Source: Veillonellales bacterium
GTDB lineage: Bacteria; Bacillota; Negativicutes; Veillonellales; Dialisteraceae
Assembly: GCA_944390485.1 (NCBI GenBank)
Contig: CALXPQ010000004.1
Coordinates: forward strand, 33,985-97,984
DNA length: 64,000 bases
Reading direction: 5' to 3'
Shown: in pieces, positions 62,485 through 64,000 of the stretch
How the letters are laid out: every line of letters begins with the position of its first letter
How positions within the stretch are numbered: the first letter of the stretch is position 1
Translations under genes and position numbers: made by a program
The notes under the pieces: model-generated
Databases searched by the model: none
The model's input: only the letters and a program-made list of their open reading frames with translations
What the model was told of the DNA's origin: nothing

Positions 62485-63843
62485 ATGGAAGACGGCGGCC
62501 ACATATGGTCGGAAATTCTGATTATTCTCGTATTGATTGTATTTAACGGCATTTGCTCCATGACGGAGATCGCCGTCGTGGGCGCGCGGAAGACGAAGCT
62601 CCGCGAGATGGCGAAGAAGGGCAATAAGAAAGCGGAGTACGCGCTGAAGATCGCGGAAAATCCGGAGAACCTTTTCTCCACGATCCAGATCGGCATCACC
62701 GCCATCGGGATCCTGACGGGCATGTTCTCCGGCGCGTCCCTGGCGGTGCCGCTCGCGGCGGAGCTGCGGGAGATCCCGGCGGTCGCGCCGTACGCGCAGG
62801 GCCTGGCCATGGCCATCGTCATCTCCGCGGTGACGTACGCCACGCTCATCCTGGGCGAGCTCGCCCCGAAATGGCTGGCCATCGCCATCCCGGAGAAAGC
62901 GTCCTGTACCATCGCCAAGCCGATGCTCATGTTCTCCGCGCTGTGCCGGCCGCTCGTCATGTTCAGCACCTGGTCGACGAAGGTCGTCATCGGCCTCATC
63001 GGCATCGACATGAATAAAGAACAGCCCGTCTCGGAGGAAGAGATCCGGGTCCTGCTCCGGCAGGGCGCGCGCATGGGCACCTTCGACCAGGCGGAGCCGA
63101 TCCTCGTGGACCGGGTCTTCCAGCTGGACGACCTCACCGCGGCGGACTGCATGACCTCCCGGACGCAGCTCACGTGGATCGACATCGAGGACACGGAAGC
63201 GGAGATCTGGAAGGTCTTCGAGGAGTCGAACCATTTCCGCCTCCCCGTGGGGCAGGGCTCCCTCGACGATTTCATCGGCATCGTGGACGTGAGCGACGTG
63301 CTCATGGACAATCACCGCCATCCGGAGCACACCATTGCGGACTCCATCCGCGCCGTGCTGCGCCAGACCGTGTACATCCCCGAGACGCTCACGCTGGTGA
63401 AAGTGCTCCGCCAGTTCCACGACAAGGGCGTGCATGAAGCCATCGTCATCGACGAATACGGCGTGCTCTCCGGCCTCGTGACGCTCCACGACGTGCTGGA
63501 AGAGATCGTGGGCGACATGCCCGGCGACGCGGAGGATATGAAAGAGGAGCAGAACCGCTTCATCCGCCGGTCGGACAATTCCTGGCTCGTGGAAGGGCTG
63601 TGCAGCATCGACGATTTCCGCGAACATTTCCATCTGGAAGAAGAACTCCCCGGCGAAGCGGAAGACTACTACAAGACGCTGGGCGGATTCATCGTATACC
63701 TTCTGGGCTATATCCCGAAGGAAGCGGAGACGGTGGACTACGACCGTTTCCATTTTGAAGTACTCGACTGCGACAACCGCCGCATCGATAAAGTGCTCGT
63801 CACGGAGCGGCAGGAAGGTCCTGCCGGAAAGGAGAAGGCATGA
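62485..63843 (+). CDS. CNNM/hemolysin-family protein (DUF21 + CBS pair + CorC_HlyC)
   Basis: The N-terminal DUF21 TM domain is followed by a CBS pair (...EAIVIDEYGVLSGLVTLHDVLEEIVG) and a C-terminal CorC/HlyC transporter-associated domain. Confidence 0.85.
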   Translation: MEDGGHIWSEILIILVLIVFNGICSMTEIAVVGARKTKLREMAKKGNKKAEYALKIAENPENLFSTIQIGITAIGILTGMFSGASLAVPLAAELREIPAVAPYAQGLAMAIVISAVTYATLILGELAPKWLAIAIPEKASCTIAKPMLMFSALCRPLVMFSTWSTKVVIGLIGIDMNKEQPVSEEEIRVLLRQGARMGTFDQAEPILVDRVFQLDDLTAADCMTSRTQLTWIDIEDTEAEIWKVFEESNHFRLPVGQGSLDDFIGIVDVSDVLMDNHRHPEHTIADSIRAVLRQTVYIPETLTLVKVLRQFHDKGVHEAIVIDEYGVLSGLVTLHDVLEEIVGDMPGDAEDMKEEQNRFIRRSDNSWLVEGLCSIDDFREHFHLEEELPGEAEDYYKTLGGFIVYLLGYIPKEAETVDYDRFHFEVLDCDNRRIDKVLVTERQEGPAGKEKA

Positions 63844-64000
63844 ACGGGAACAAAGAGTGGAAAATGTCTCTGGAGGACGCGCTCCGGGAGATCCACCGCC
63901 AGCTGATGGAAGACGAGATCTTCCTGAACCGGCGCCTGCAGCAGGGGTCATTCATGGAGGAGCTGCCCGATGAGGAAATGCGCATCCGCCGCATCTTCTC
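63840..64000 (+). CDS. hypothetical protein, N-terminal fragment (runs off the window)
   Basis: The ATG overlaps the upstream stop as ATGA. The frame stays open with high GC3 (MNGNKEWKMSLEDALREIHRQLMEDEIFLNRRLQQG...). It is not in the track because there is no stop. Confidence 0.4.
   Translation, partial: MNGNKEWKMSLEDALREIHRQLMEDEIFLNRRLQQGSFMEELPDEEMRIRRIF

Overview
A 64 kb, high-GC chromosomal segment. I estimate roughly two-thirds G+C by eye; nothing was computed. It holds about 75 protein genes, 2 tRNAs, one T-box leader and many intrinsic terminators. I found no CRISPR array, transposase or integrase.

Two SLH-domain porin genes point to a diderm Firmicute (Negativicutes-like or Limnochordia-like). 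One of them is cut by the left window edge and is missing from the ORF track.

Housekeeping content:
- galU, tRNA-Arg/Trp, mnmE, a class A PBP, purA/purB, corA, pfkA, aroK, argS, pyrG
- the rpmH-rnpA-yidD-yidC-jag cluster
- mmuM, several SDR, EamA and TauE genes, and two nitroreductase paralogs

Accessory or unusual content:
1. An unannotated Fst/par-like type I toxin-antitoxin module (47.36-47.61 kb). A convergent sRNA carries an exact 15-nt copy of the toxin translation-initiation region, and the two transcripts share a bidirectional terminator.
2. A canonical T-box riboswitch (41.89-42.13 kb) that controls an isocitrate-lyase/PEP-mutase-family lyase plus a TRAP DctPQM transporter, rather than a synthetase or amino-acid gene.
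3. Tandem LarA (nickel-pincer racemase) paralogs with no larBCE in the window.
4. A fragmented type IV pilus locus:
   - pilC lies beside the PBP gene.
   - A GspL-like gene, a PilO-like gene and aroK follow one another with no secretin gene.
   - The pilin operon is interrupted by an inverted YjbR/PUA-like gene.
   - A lower-GC insertion sits before pilB-pilT.
5. A consensus promoter followed directly by a terminator, upstream of an FAD-oxidoreductase-purB operon.

The very long ORFs antisense to known genes are high-GC shadow frames and were rejected. Everything comes from manual reading. RNA-element coordinates are good to a few nt, and functional calls are motif recognition, not searches.
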